Of a stretch of DNA of 64,000 bases, positions 1 to 15,759 are shown piece by piece. This stretch comes from Octopus vulgaris. Taxonomy: Eukaryota. The translations under genes and the position numbers were made by a program. Position 1 is the stretch's first letter, and every line of letters begins with the position of its first letter. The notes under the pieces are model-generated. The model was not told the DNA's origin and did no database searches. It saw only the letters and a list, made by a program, of their open reading frames with translations. The DNA lies in contig OX597831.1 of NCBI GenBank assembly GCA_951406725.2, positions 41,540,001 through 41,604,000 on the forward strand. The letters are read 5' to 3'.

Positions 1-54
<54 letters not shown>

Positions 55-876
55 TGTGTGTTGTCATGTATGTATGTGTAAGTGGCACTGAAAGGCTCTC
101 TCTCTCTTTCTCTCTCACACACATTATCTTTCATATACACGTACATACATAAATATATATGCATACATCTTTTTTGTAAGTGTGCGTGTGAAACAGAGAG
201 AGAGCGAGAGAGTGTGTGTAAGTGAGAGAGTGAAGGTGTGTGTTGTCATATATGTATTTTTTCGCATGTGTAAGTGGCATTCTCTCTCTCACATTATCCT
301 TCGTATGTACGTATACAAGACAACACACCCCGTCACTCACTTTCTCTCTCACACACACGTCCATTTCATACACACGTACATACTTCTTTCACTCTCTCCT
401 CTTTCACTTTAAAACAACTTTTACAGAAATTAACCAACAATCATATGGTCCCACATAATCGAATTTTGACGGTCCTGAGGGGTATACCGACCCCCAATAG
501 AAAGTACAAGAAAAATTTTTTTTGATTTTTTCGGTTTGAACGGCAGTTTTTTTCTAGCGGTGTCATATGAAATTGTCGTCCAAAATTATGACCCTAGTAT
601 CGATCTATTGCATTTCAATCTGTTTTAGGGTTAGGGTTAGGGGTGGGGGGAAGGGTATCTTTTTTTTCTTCACAAATGTAAATAAATCCAATGACCGGAA
701 CAAAAGATAAATTTCCCATCTGATTCTCGCACTTTTGAAAAAATAGGCTAATCAAGATTGCTTCTCTCTGATTATTCTAGAGCTCCTCATAGCAGATAAG
801 TACCCTTATATAGGTAACAATTCAGTGCGCAAAGTCTCGGCTTCGACTGAGTTTTCCACTAATTTTAATTTGTTTA

Positions 877-1119
877 ACATAAGGGACATCAGCCATCTGA
901 ATGTGGCTAGGGACAGGGCAGGGCGGTGGGGGTGTTACTGATGCATTTAGCCCCAGGCGATCATCAACGTCACCAGGAGGGTTGACACCATCACGGTGTC
1001 CTCTAGCCTGCCAGCCCTCCTGGTGACGTTGATGATCGCCTGGGGCTAAATGCATTAGTAACACCCCCACCGCCCTGCCCTGTCCCTAGCCACATTCAGA
1101 TGGCTGATGTCCCTTATGT
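877..1119. mobile_element. GC-rich foldback element/MITE with TA on both sides
   Basis: Arms of about 108 bp (877-984 and 1012-1119) are reverse complements with about 2 mismatches. TA lies directly outside each end. Confidence 0.8.
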
Positions 1120-2729
1120 TATGGAGCAGTTACTGTTTATATCTCGTTTAGAGAATTATTATTGCTTTAATTTGTTTATTCTCTATATATATAAGAAATG
1201 AGTTAATGCAAGGGAAATAACTCTGATCAATATTTATCTTTCTCTTGCCTCAGCTGTTCGTCTGTCTGTATTTTGTTGTGGTTTTGAGATGACTAGCCCC
1301 ATTTTTTGGACGATAATTAAAGACGAAAAACAAAGGGTATGTTGCTTATGCAGGACACAAACATCTGTGACAGTTGCAGAAGCAATGTCAATGTGAAAAC
1401 ATGGTGACAGACACAGAGAAACGTGATCGCGTGTATACACGCACGAAACGGAACCGCGCAATAAGAGCGACCTTTCCATGGCAAGGTCCTCAGTTTCGCA
1501 TATATATATATATGTGTGTGTGTGTCTGTGTATGTATATATATATATATATGTATGTATGTATGTATGATGTATATATATATATATTGTCAATAGAGTGG
1601 GATATATTAATCATAGTGCACAGTATTATATATATATATATATATATTATGGCCGAATTTATCAATCGGTTTCTCACTAGGTGACGAGCACATGGTGTTA
1701 CATAACCGGGCTGTTATCTCATATTACTTTAGATACCCAGTGCCAAACCAGTCGGTAAGATTGTGTATGTGTGTGTGTGTGCGTTTGCATTGGAATATAT
1801 ATATATATATATATAATAATAATATATACCGGATACATTTCAAGAAAGTGTGTTTTTGTATATATGGGGGGGGGTTAGGGGGGGAGAAAAGGGTTTCTGT
1901 TATCTTCAGAAATGTAAACAAAGTCACGTGTGTACTTATACCGAAGGATCGCCTAGAAATGCACGAACGATTGTGGTGGTGCCATGAAGTAAACATGCTT
2001 CAGATACACTTGCTTATTCATACAAACAACTGAGGTGAAATATGTCATAAATAACAGTGACAAACGAAATATACACCGCCGGAAGTTGTTGTTACTAAAC
2101 AACAGCAGTAATTTTATTTAGCTGAATACACGTCATTGATTGGTTGAAATTACCCAAGTACGACAACTTTAACACGAAATAACTTTAAAAATATAAACTT
2201 TTCTCAAAAACACTAAGAGTAAAAGATGTTTTATATGACACATTCTACCAGTGACTGAAGTTTGAAAGTGTTTAGTTATAAAAATTTAATTTCTCGATCT
2301 GCCGTTCAAAGGGTAATTATATATATATGCATGTATTTTATACACGTGTATGTATATTATATTTCTATATGTGTGTGTGTATACATATGTATGTATAAAT
2401 GTATACACACACGAGTGTGTGAACAAATGAAAGAAGGTAGCACTCAACACATTTGTTTGAAGTTACTTCTATTTAATAACAGTTTGACTCAGCTCCACAT
2501 GACTTGAAGTTTCATAGGTGCATAAAATGTGTCCTAGACATCTCGAGGAAGTGGACACATTCTCTGCACCCTCAACACTTTCAAGTGGTATGAAACTGAT
2601 TCAAATTCTTATTTCCGGGTTCATTCCCACTGTGTGGCACCTTGGGCAAGTGTCTTCTACTATAGCCTCAGGCCGACCAAAGCCTTGTGAGTGGATTTGG
2701 TAGACGGAAGCTGAAAGAAGCCCATCGCA

Positions 2730-2778
<49 letters not shown>

Positions 2779-3507
2779 TTGTTTGTGTGTCTGCGTTTGT
2801 CCTCCCAACATCACTTGACAACTGATGGTGGTGTGTTTACAACCCCGTAACTTAGCAGTTTGGCAAAAGAGACCGATAGAATAAGTACTAGGCTTACAAA
2901 GGATAAGTCTTGGGGTCAATTTGCTCGACTAAAGGCGGTGCTCCAGCATGGCTGCAGTCAAATGACTGAAACAAGTAAAAGAGAGTATGTGTACAAAAGT
3001 GGTGAAGAATCTTTAGCACACCAGCCAAAACGCTTTGTGACATTTCATTGGTGTTTGTGTTCTGAGTTCAAATGCTATCAGGGTTGACTTCACCTTTTAT
3101 CCTTTCTGGGTTGATGAAATAAGTATTTGTTAAATTCAGGGGTCAATGGAATTGACTAGTCCCCTCCCTCAAAATGTCAGGCCCTTTGCCTATAGTAGAA
3201 AGGATTATATATGTGTGTGTGTGTGTGTGTGTATGTGTTTTTGCATGTGTGCATGTGTGTGTGTACATATATATATATACATGCACATAGAATGGGCTTC
3301 CTTACAGATTCCACTTACCAAATTCAATAACAAAGATTGAGGTGAAACCCATGTGGTTACAAGATGAAGTTCTTAATCAAACAACCATGCCTGTAGTTAT
3401 GTAAAAATTATGAAAAAAAAAAATGATATTCTGTTGTAATTGAGTAAAAAAAAAAAAAATGAAATTCTGTGCCGTTCAAATTACATTTTTCTTTTTAATT
3501 TCTTCAG

Positions 3508-4332
3508 GTGATACTACACATGGAGCCATATTTTGGCCGGAATCATACCACTTTCCGAAGAGATATTATCTATATCATGAATGAATATGGTGACCACCCT
3601 GCTTTGTATAAGAAATTTTATCGAGGAAAATGGCTTCCGATGTTTTACATCTATGATTCTTATCGCATCTCTCCGAAACACTGGAGTGAAATCTTCCACA
3701 CCAACAAGCGATATACTCTTCGAGATTCTAAGTACGATGCTATTTATATTGGTCTTGCTCTTGAAGAAAGCCACTTGCTTAGCCTGAAGAACGCTGGGTT
3801 TGATGGCTTCTACACATATTTTGCCACTGATGGCTTTACTCATGCTTCTTCATGGAACTTTTGGCCAGAATATGCCCAGTTTGCCAAAAAGCACAGCATG
3901 TTTTTCATTCCTAGCGTGGCCCCAGGATATATTGATCTCCAGGTCCGGCCCTGGAATGGTGAAAACAAACGAGAACGTGAAAATGGCAAATACTACGAAA
4001 ACAGTTTCAAAGCTGCTTTCAACGAGCTCCCTGAATTTCTTAGTATCACCTCATTCAATGAATGGCATGAAGGCACCCAAATCGAACCAGCTATCCCCAA
4101 GACATTTGATACTTACCATTATTTAGATTATGAAGAAAATGGCAAAGATTTCTACTTGAAATTAACCTTGCAGTATGTTAAGAAATATCGCCGTTTACTC
4201 CATGAAGCAAAGATTAGTGCCCAACTTGCTAAAGAAAGGAAAAATGTTGTGAAAAACAATTTGAATAAAACATATCAGTCCGTTATGACGCCAGTCAGAA
4301 ATCTGCCGAAACGACTTCATAAGGAACCTTGA
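3508..4332 (+). CDS. MANEA: Terminal coding exon of glycoprotein endo-alpha-1,2-mannosidase (GH99), MANEA/MANEAL-like
   Basis: Polypyrimidine tract and ttcag acceptor ending at 3507, then an open frame to TGA at 4330-4332. GH99 C-terminal motifs: HMEPY, YGDHPA, FYIYDSY, GFDGFYTYFA, FIPSVAPGY, RPWN, SITSFNEWHEGTQIEPA. Upstream exons were not found in the window. Confidence 0.93.
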   Translation: MILHMEPYFGRNHTTFRRDIIYIMNEYGDHPALYKKFYRGKWLPMFYIYDSYRISPKHWSEIFHTNKRYTLRDSKYDAIYIGLALEESHLLSLKNAGFDGFYTYFATDGFTHASSWNFWPEYAQFAKKHSMFFIPSVAPGYIDLQVRPWNGENKRERENGKYYENSFKAAFNELPEFLSITSFNEWHEGTQIEPAIPKTFDTYHYLDYEENGKDFYLKLTLQYVKKYRRLLHEAKISAQLAKERKNVVKNNLNKTYQSVMTPVRNLPKRLHKEP

Positions 4333-4739
4333 TGATTTTTTTCCAGAATTTTTATATACTTGTATACAAAGTAATCACGCACAGGTACTTTTTTCCTAAG
4401 CATACATAGGGATGATTGGCCTTCAGTGAGCCACATCTCTGCTACCTACAAAACAGCTAATAGTGTGTGTCCGTGTGTGTGTGCGTGCGTGTGTGGTGTC
4501 CTAATGTTTTTGAAATATCTTGTGTGTGTATGTGTTATACAATATGTTCTGTTCCAAATCAAGCCTTTTCAAATTGATTTTTCTTAATGTTTCCCCACCA
4601 TCTTCTTTTTTTTCTTTTTCTTTAGTTATATTTTGTGTGTAAATTTATGCAGAAAGTATGACTTATTTGCATGCTTGCATACATCCACACACATACATAC
4701 ACGTGTGTGTGTGAGGTATACAATTTATGAACAAACTGT

Positions 4740-4746
4740 CCAGTTC

Positions 4747-4788
<42 letters not shown>

Positions 4789-5451
4789 TGTATATATGTG
4801 TGTATATACATACATACATACATGTATGTGTATATATGTATATGTATCTATATATATACATACATATATGCATCATACATACATGCATACATTTATTTAT
4901 ATATATATCTCTATATATAATATATATATATATATATTTATATAATTATATAAATATATACACACACATGCACACACGTACACATTCACACACACATTTA
5001 TATATATATATACTGCAAATTGAGAAATGCTGTATTTCAGTATGAACTGAATTCTCTGCTCTTAATTTGTATAAACTATGCTCTGCTGTAATCATTACAC
5101 ATCTTAGAACAAGTATACACATCAACATATGTATATGTATGCACATGTGTGCATGTGTGTCTGTGTATATATATATATATATGTATGTGTGTATATATAT
5201 ATATGCTTTTCCATGCTGGCATGGATTGGACAGGTTTTTTTTTATTCTGGCAGTGTTTTGTAGGTGGATAACTCTCCCTATCACCAACCTTTTCACTTGC
5301 CTCCTTCAGCACACAAGTGTGCATTCTGCCTATTCTATATCTAGTATACACATGGTAGATATATATATATATATATATGCATGAATACATGCATACATAC
5401 ATATATACATTCATACATACATAAATATATATATATATTTATATATATATA

Positions 5452-5496
<45 letters not shown>

Positions 5497-5782
5497 GTAT
5501 ATGTATGTATATATATATATATATACATGCATGCATGCATATACATATATATATATATATGTAGATATACATATATGCATACATATATATATATATGCAT
5601 ATATGTATGTATATATTATATATATGCATATATATATATACATAAATATATATCAATATATATATTATATATGCATGTATATGAATATACATACATATAT
5701 ATAAGCATATACATACATATGTATGCATATACATACATATATATGCATATACATATATACATATACACATATATACACACAC

Positions 5783-5814
<32 letters not shown>

Positions 5815-5817
5815 GTG

Positions 5818-5863
<46 letters not shown>

Positions 5864-5959
5864 ATAAGATTCGTTAATTTAATTACCAATCTTATCAAGT
5901 GGCCAGCATGGGAATAAAAACATTCAAATGTAATAATTATTATTAAAATTATGATTTAG

Positions 5960-6009
<50 letters not shown>

Positions 6010-6280
6010 CACATACATATATATACACATACGCATGCACACATGCACAAATACACACACATATATGCACACACACACACATTTATAAACATGCATATGT
6101 GCTTAAATGCATGCACGTGATGAAATGTAAGCACGTTTACACAGTAAACATGTTCTTTGTGCTTTGAGTTCCCTCAGAGGGTTTCTTGTCACTTTTGAGT
6201 GTGAAATTTTTATATATTTGTTTTACAAAAAATAATATACTGCCTATATGTAGCTATATCCATCTACCTATATATATATA

Positions 6281-6332
<52 letters not shown>

Positions 6333-6659
6333 TATATATATATGTATATATGAATATATATATATATTAAGGCGCATGGCTCAGTGGTTAAGGTATTACA
6401 CTCATGATTGCAAGATCATGGGTTCAGTTGCCAGACCAGGCTTTGCATTGTTTTCTTGAGCAAAACACTTCATTTCCCATTGCTCTGCAATCATTCCGTC
6501 ATCTGACATGTGGCACCTGTTTGCACCTGTACTAGTAATGTTGATTTGATGGAGGGAATGAGCTTATGTGTACACAAACTTTTGATCACTATAAACAATG
6601 TTTGGTAAGAAATTGTTGAACTCTCATACGTCATCTAATGAGGAGAGTGTCCATCATGT

Positions 6660-6718
<59 letters not shown>

Positions 6719-6778
6719 CAGATAATATATTTATATACGCATATGTTATAATACACACATGTACACACACACACACAC

Positions 6779-6814
<36 letters not shown>

Positions 6815-7066
6815 GCTTATATACATATATGTGAGTAGATACATATATAGTTATGGATATATATATATATATATATAATATATGATGTGTGTGTATATGT
6901 GTATTTATACATATACATACATACACACGCATACACATGCATACACACACACACAACACATACTCACATACACACACACATATATACATATATATGCTTA
7001 TATACATATATAGTTATGGATATATATATAATATATGATGTGTGTGTATATGTATATAATATATAT

Positions 7067-7145
<79 letters not shown>

Positions 7146-7230
7146 ATCATACACACACACATGTATACACATATGTAAATATATATGTAGATATATATGT
7201 ACACACACAACACATACTCATACACACACA
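4740..7230. repeat. Compound (TA)n/(CA)n/(TACA)n microsatellite field, representative of dozens in the window
   Basis: Directly visible dinucleotide tracts. Confidence 0.95.
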
Positions 7231-7894
7231 CGCATGCACTCAAATCATTATGACCATTAGAAACTTAGAGAGTCTTCGTCTGTAAACATCATTGCTGTGT
7301 TAGTGATTAATATCTTAGTAATTAGTTGCTACTAAACTATCTCCATGGAGGCACATGGCATAGTGCTTAGAGCAACGAACTTGCGGTTGAGGGATCACAG
7401 GTTCGAATCTCAGACCGGGTGATGGGTGTCTTTATGGATGAAACACCTAAGCTCCACACAGCTCCAAGGCAGAAGGTGATGGCGAACCTCTGCTGACTCT
7501 TTCGCCATTCCTCCTGTATCAAGCAGCTCACCTGCGACAGACTGGCATCCCGTCCAGGCGGAGAACCTGTACGCCAATGAAACCAGGAAACTGGCCCTTA
7601 TGAGCTAGGCATGACTCGAGAAGGTGCAAACAACAAATTGTCTCCAGTCACAAATTAGTACAATACTCATGTATCTCATTATCACCAGTACTAATACTGC
7701 TGCTGGTACTACTGCTGCTGCTGATCCATCTGTTTGTTTAGTACTACTCTGTATGGAATAGTATTAAGCAGTATTGTAAAATAGAAAAAAAGCTGTTGAT
7801 TCCACCCACCCCCACCCCAGCCCACTCCATCTAACTGTGTATAATATTTCTGTATTTTCTATCACAAATACCTTCCCCCCTTTCTGTATCTCTA

Positions 7895-7937
<43 letters not shown>

Positions 7938-8085
7938 ATACATATCATCATCATCATCATCATCGCTTAACGTCCGTTTTCCATGATGATGATGATGATG
8001 ATGTATGTATGTATGTATGTATGTTTTTTTTTTTTTTTATATATATATATATATACACACATATATGTATGTCTACATACGTGGA

Positions 8086-8135
<50 letters not shown>

Positions 8136-8256
8136 TAAGAGACCAAAGTGTGTGTACACCGCTATATATAAAATACAAAATGGGACAAGAACACAAAACA
8201 TCCGGAGAGTTAGGTGATACAAAAATGGGACAACTTTGCGTTCTTGTCCCATCTTG

Positions 8257-8313
<57 letters not shown>

Positions 8314-8918
8314 ATATATACATATATGTATGCACAGATATATGTGCATGCATATTTGTACATATACGTACATGCATATTTACATACATATGTGTGTGTG
8401 TGTATGTGTTTGCATGTGTTGTATCTACGTGTGTGCGTTAGTGTGTGTAATATAAAATAATATAATATAATATATTTATGTATATCAAATCAGTGCCTTT
8501 GTGTTAGTGGTATTGCAATGTTGTAACTACTCTCAGCCTAAAGTATCTCATGTGCTTTTTTGTAACATATTTACATTTAATCATGCTGAGTTTCACGTAG
8601 TGCCAATTTAAATAACCTGCAATATTTTATGTTAAAAAGGAATTCGCATTGGTTCATTACAACAGAGATGATCTGTTTGTGTTTGTTATTATTTTTTATG
8701 ATAATGAATCAGTATTATAATTCGTATGAAGGCTGTGGAATGGCAAAAAAAAAATACAAAACAACAAAAAAAAAATAATGTACACAACCCCACTTTCAGA
8801 TTAAATGCCAAACTGTATTTCATTTCAACATTCCACTGCTATATAAGATTTGTTTTTACCTTCCTTCACTCTAGGGTCAATGAAACAAAAATGCTAAAAT
8901 CATTATGCATACATACAT

Positions 8919-9074
<156 letters not shown>

Positions 9075-10269
9075 GTATACTGATTGTGATTCTGATGATC
9101 ATAATATCCATCCTTGTCTCCTTCAAATTTGTGTAACCTTGTGTTACGCATATTAGAGATCCTCCTTATGTTATTATTATCGGTGCAAAGCAGGCAAGCC
9201 GGCAGAATCACCAGGAGGGCACTGCTTAGTGGCATTTTTTCCAGCTCTTTCAATGCTGAGCTTGAAATTCCACCAAAGTCAGCTTTGCTTTTCACCTTTT
9301 CAGAATTGATAAAATGAAGAACCAGCCTAGTATTGTACCGGGGGATCAATGTAATTGACTTACTCCCACCCCAAAATTCCAGGCTTTGTGCCTGTTGTAT
9401 AAGGAAGTATTGTCAGTCAGAGGGAGGGTGGTAAGTTGGCAGAATCGTTAGCATGCTGGACAAGATGCTTTGCAGCACTTTTTTTTTTCTTCTCAGCTGT
9501 TTATGTAAGTGTTGCGCTCAAAATCCTGCCACGGTCAACTTTGCCTTTCATCCTTTGCCTTTCAGGGTCGATAAAATAAAGTACCAGTCAAGTACTCTAC
9601 TGGGGTTGATGCAATCAACTTGCCCCCTGCCATCACATTTCAGGAATTGTACCCTTTTGTAGAAAGAATAATCACTACCAGTATGACGGTATTGATGCTA
9701 TTAATCTGTAGCTAATGGTACTTGCAATATCATTTCATTTATATTTTATCTGGACCGTTGTTTTATTGTTACTAAGAAAGAAAAAAAAGTATACATACGG
9801 CGACTATGACCTATACTATCTACATTGTCATCACTAACCTATCATATTTACCTATTGAGTATAATACAAGAAATTTTATACAAAATGCCAGAATCATTAT
9901 TGATGGGTTGCTTTGTATTCCAGTGTTTTTAAAAATATGTTTTTATAAAGAGATAAAATATATAATATATTTCTTATGTTTAGGTGCAAAAAAATCTGGG
10001 GTCCTGCATTATATTAGGGGACCTAATTGTAAATGAGTAAAATATGGTATATTTTAAGTGCTATGGTAGTACTTGCTGTTTGTTATTACTGATCTATATT
10101 GTTAACTTTGTTGTACAATATAAATACATACATACATACATTTTTATATACACATATACATATGTATATATATATATATATGAAACCGTTGACCATCATT
10201 ATTAACATTATAGTTCTATATGTTGTCATTGACATATATTATTAGTCCTATAATATACATCTTAGCAGT

Positions 10270-10750
10270 GACCTGTGTTATTGATAATATACTACAATAT
10301 GTTACTACTGATGTAGACTATTAGCACTGCAGTACTATATATCACTATATATTACCACCAACACTATTAGTACTGCAGTACTATATATTACCGCAGATCT
10401 ATATCATAAGTACTATAGTGCTATGTATTATGTTTTCACATACCTATGTTGTTAGTGCTGTAATACTATATATTACCACAGACCTATATTATTAGTACTG
10501 TAGTACTATGTGCTATAATATCTCTGAACCGTGTTATTAGTACTGTAGTACTATATATTATCACAAATCTATATTGTTAGTATCATAGTTCTATCTATGT
10601 TATTACTCATCTCTGGCCTATGTTATTAGTACTTTACATTATCACTGAGCTATGTTATTAGTGCTATTGCACTATATATTATCACCAGCCTATGCTATTA
10701 GTACTATAGTACTATATATTACTAAAGACCTATGTTATTGGTACTACATA
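10270..10750. repeat. Degenerate minisatellite, unit about 37-40 bp (gacctatgttattagtactgtagtactatatattaccaca)
   Basis: About a dozen diverged units are visible. Confidence 0.8.
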
Positions 10751-11806
10751 TAGTCAGGACATGATAGTAGTTATCTACAGTGTAATATCTACATTATCAA
10801 CATCAGTTTATAAATCATAAATTTTTATTTGTTTTTAGACTAGGTCAGAGAAGGACGGGGTAGTCCCCATGGACCCATTTTTGGGGATTCTAAGTCAGGT
10901 GGGAAGAGGGGAGGAATTTATTCTCAGTCTGGAGACTTGCAGCAGAGTGTACTCCACTTAAGGCATTGTAGGGTCAGGTGGTAGTGTAAAAACTGGGGAA
11001 CAAATTAAGTCTGTTGCCCAAAGAACAAAAGTAATCCTTCTGACAGGCTTCCATGCAGTTTCCAACTCCCAAATTTCATACAATGAGAATTTGGTTAGCA
11101 TCAGACTCTGGCAGAAGAAGTCATTTATTCAAGGTGTTGCACATTGGGATGAGCTGGCACTTTGTCGGTTACGATGACGAGGGTTCCAGTTGATCCGATC
11201 AACGGAACAGCCTGCCCATGAAATTATCAAGTAAGTGGCTGAGTATTCCACATATATGCATACCCTTAATGTAGTTCTCAGGGAGATTCAGCATGACAAA
11301 GAATGAAACAAGACTGGCCCTTTGAATTACAGGTATGTCTCACTTTTGTCAGTTGAATGGACAGGAGCAACGAGAAATAAAGTGTCTTGCTTAAGGACTC
11401 AATGCACTGCCTGGTATCGAACTCATGACCTTATGATTGTGAATGATATGCCCTAGTCATTAAACCACACACCTTCTTGGAACGAAACTTCCCCAAACTA
11501 CTTAGTTGTGAAGTAAAACTTGTAGATGACACAGCCATATCTTCACTTCTATGGAACATAAATAAGTTGTTATTATAGCCTAAGAGATCTATCTATATTA
11601 TCTATACTGCTTTGTCATTGTTTGTTAAATATATATGTACAGGACTGGCTGTGTTGTAAGTAGCTTGCTTACCAACCACATGGTTCCGAGTTCAGTCCCA
11701 CTGCGTGGCACCTTGGCCAAGTGTCTTCCACTATAGCCTTGGGCCGACCAAATCCTTGTGAGTCGATTTGGTAGACGGAAACTAAAAGAAGACCGTCGTA
11801 TGTATG

Positions 11807-11863
<57 letters not shown>

Positions 11864-12341
11864 TTGTGTGTCTGTGTTTGTTCCCCTCCTCAACATCGCT
11901 TTACAACCGATACTGGTTGTAACTTAGTGGTTCGGCAAAAGAGACTGATAGAATAAGTACTAGGCTTACAAAGAATAAGTCTTTGGGTCGATTTCCTCGA
12001 CTAAAGGCAGTGCTCCAGCATGGCTACAGTCAAATGACTAAAAGAGTAAAAGAGTGTGTGTATTTGTGAGTATGTATGCATGTGGTCATGCATGCATATA
12101 TAAATTTCAAGGCAGTGAGCTGGCAGAAACGTTAGCACGCCAGGTGAAATGCTTAGCGATATTTCTTCTGTCTTTACGTTCTGAGTTCAAATTCCGCCAA
12201 GGTCGTTACTCCAGTCCACTCACCTGGCGAAAGTGAGTAAACCTGTGACATACCAGCATCCAATCAGTGGTGGAAGGTATACGTCACAAAATCTAAACTG
12301 GACTTGTGAACCTATGGCTTGGGAAGGACCTTTGATCATTT

Positions 12342-12378
<37 letters not shown>

Positions 12379-12666
12379 AATATATATCATTATCATCATC
12401 ACCAATATATATATATATATATATGCGTGTGTGTGTGTATGTATATATATAGACCAAATATAGTGGTAGTAGTAAAGAGGGTAGTGAGAAAATACTTGTA
12501 ACTAATGGTGGTTCAGTATTTTGTCATCAGTTTCATCTTGGGGAAGAAATGGTTTTCATAAGAGAGCAAGATGGGGGAGAGAGAGAATGAGATATTGATA
12601 CATACAAACATGCATATTTATGTGTGTTTGTGTGTGTGTGCATACACACAAGTGAGCGTGCATATA

Positions 12667-12719
<53 letters not shown>

Positions 12720-12870
12720 ACCAGTTTCTCCCTACCATATTTTGGTCAACCTGAAACGGTGTGGAAATGGACTTGCTTAAAGTGCTTTACATGCAAGATA
12801 AGACTGAACAGGGAATCATATGGTTGTGAAATGTACACCTTTACATACATGCGTACATACATACACACAC

Positions 12871-12996
<126 letters not shown>

Positions 12997-14018
12997 CTGT
13001 CTGTGTGTGTGTATATACACACATATACATTCACACACACACACTCATATTTATATGTATGTGTGTGTCTGTCTGTGTGTGTGTGTATATACACACATAT
13101 ACATTCACACACACACACTCATATTTATATGTATGTGTGTTTTTGTGTGGCTGAATGGTGAATGAATTCGGCTCAATCCCTATGCGAGGTATCCTGGGAT
13201 CATATCTTATTACAGTCTCTGGTAACCCATGAATAAAATTGGGGAGACAGATTCAGTGATAAAAACCCACCAGAGAGATTGTCCTTGTAATTCTAAGGGT
13301 TTACCATTTCTGTGGAATATTCAGCCTCTTACATACTAGTTCAGTGGAACTTGCCAGTCATTTGATTGAGTAACTGGATATTCTTCATTGAAAACTGAGT
13401 CAGGTCCATAATTTTGGATTACTTAATTGTGTGATGTGTGTGTGTATGTATGTATACTGTCTGGAAGCAGTAAAAGAGAATATATATAGATTTTTTGCCC
13501 CAATTAATTAATTTTGAAAGTCTTAAGTGATTATTTCTTAAAGTCTTGGAATTATCTTCTTTGTTTTTTTTTTGTTCTTTTTGAGAGCTGCTAACTATTT
13601 GCACTTGATTTTTATTTTCTATTGCCAACTAAGTGGCAAATATAAGAATTTTTTTTTCCTTTAGAATACAACATTCAGTACATCAGCATGTGTCACAATT
13701 ATCAATTGACCTCACTTGAGTTATTTTCCATCGCTCATATTTTTCTAAGTAATTATGTGAAATATCACTAGCAAAAACCCCTTCATAACTGTTTCTGTTT
13801 TTACTTTTAAAAAATCTCTGTGCCATGATCAAAGCAAACCTGAGAAAACTCTTGATGATGAGGTTTAATATGCCAGAAACATGTCTATAGTTATCAGGAT
13901 TGTTTTTCTTAAGTTTGAAGATTTGTAACTTTTGTTGTAAAATTAATTCTTAATGACTTAAAATTATCTCCTTCTTTATATATACATGTATATATACATC
14001 ATCATCTATCTATATGTG

Positions 14019-14055
<37 letters not shown>

Positions 14056-14150
14056 TTTTAGTTGTTTTAGTCATTTGACACACTCACACACACATATACA
14101 TGTATATATATACACATATGTATATATCTATATCTATATCTCACTTTCTT

Positions 14151-14197
<47 letters not shown>

Positions 14198-14619
14198 ATA
14201 TATTTATAGATATAGATATAAAGATGTATCTAAACTGTGACAGAAGCATGTTACATAGTTGCTTCCCATGTTATGTGAAGTTAAGCCTTATTTGATCTCT
14301 TGTCTTACACCATGGACAAGCAGTTATACTGAACTTAACATTTTGTTTTTGTTATATAATTCACTCTTGTTAAGTCAAAATTGTCTTTAGTCATGACATT
14401 CGTCAGTCAATTCAGTCATTTTCTTCTTTTTTTTTCTCTCTTTCTTTGTTGTGCTTGTTTGAACATGAAGTAATGCTGAAATGCAATACCTTTTCTTACA
14501 ATTTATACACACACAGTCCAAACTTATCTCTGCTATACACAGCCCACATTCTACGCAAGATAAATTTTATTCTGTAGAATATATCTACACAATATACTTT
14601 CTGTATAACTTACACAACA

Positions 14620-14940
14620 CATGATCTATGCAATCACAACCCACTCTATATACATACTCTATGCAATCACCAGCCGTTCTATATACATATCCTATGCAGT
14701 CACAACCCACATCATATACATACTCTATACAATCACCAACCACTCTATATACCCACTCTATGCAATTACGACCCACACTATATATATGTACTCTATGCAA
14801 ACACAGCTTGTACAATATTCATACTCTGTGCAATCATCACTTGCCACTCTATTCATAATCTATGCAATTACGTCCCACGCTGCATACATACTCTATACAA
14901 TCACAGCCCACATTATACATACGCTATGCCATCACTATCC
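14620..14940. repeat. Degenerate 33-bp minisatellite (ctctatgcaatcacaacccactctatatacata)
   Basis: Periodic units give 11-aa pseudo-repeats in the overlapping ORFs. Confidence 0.85.
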
Positions 14941-15458
14941 AATAATATAACACAGGACATACTTTTACTTAGTTGATACCTGATACTATAACACAATCCT
15001 AACTTAACCAGCAACTAATAATCTACAAAGCATATACAAGACAGAATCACTAATCTAATGACACACAAAAAAAACGAAAAAAAAAAACAAACATACACAC
15101 TGATACATATTCTATGCAATATTACACATACTCTATACAAAAAAACAGAGCCGATAAAACAGACCCCATAACTATACTATGCAGATGTAATATACAAATA
15201 CTCCCTATAAAATTCTGTTGCACACATCTCAGGAACATGTTGGTGTACTTGGAAGTGTAACAGAAAGCTGCATGAAACTGCTGAAATTACTATTATTGTG
15301 ATTATTGAGTTCAAATTTCACCAAGGTCGATTTTTCCCTTCATTCTTTTGGACTCAGTAAAATAAGTACCAGTTGAGCCCCGAGATCAATGTAAACGACT
15401 TGACCTCCCTTCAAAATTGCTGGCCATGTACTTATAGGAGAAAGAATTGTTAGCATTA

Positions 15459-15516
<58 letters not shown>

Positions 15517-15727
15517 GGTGATGAGCTGACAGAATCATTAGTACATCAGGCAAAATGCTTAGTGGCATATCATCTGCTGCTACATTCTGAGCTCAAATTC
15601 AATGACGGTCAACTTTGTCTTTCATCCTTTTGGGGTTGATAAATTAAGTACCATTGAAACACTGGGGTTGATTTAATCGATTATCCCCCTCTGTCAGATT
15701 TCAGGCCTTGTGCCTACAGTAGAAAGG

Positions 15728-15759
<32 letters not shown>

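Noticed and set aside
6370-7420. tRNA-like sequences at about 6370 and 7347 (also 16645 and 50760)
   Set aside because: A and B boxes are present, but there is no complete cloverleaf and each continues into a SINE body. They are SINE heads, not tRNA genes.
14585-14950. ORFs with 11-aa repeats (VYRVVGDCIEY)
   Set aside because: A by-product of a 33-bp minisatellite open in several frames, with no gene context.
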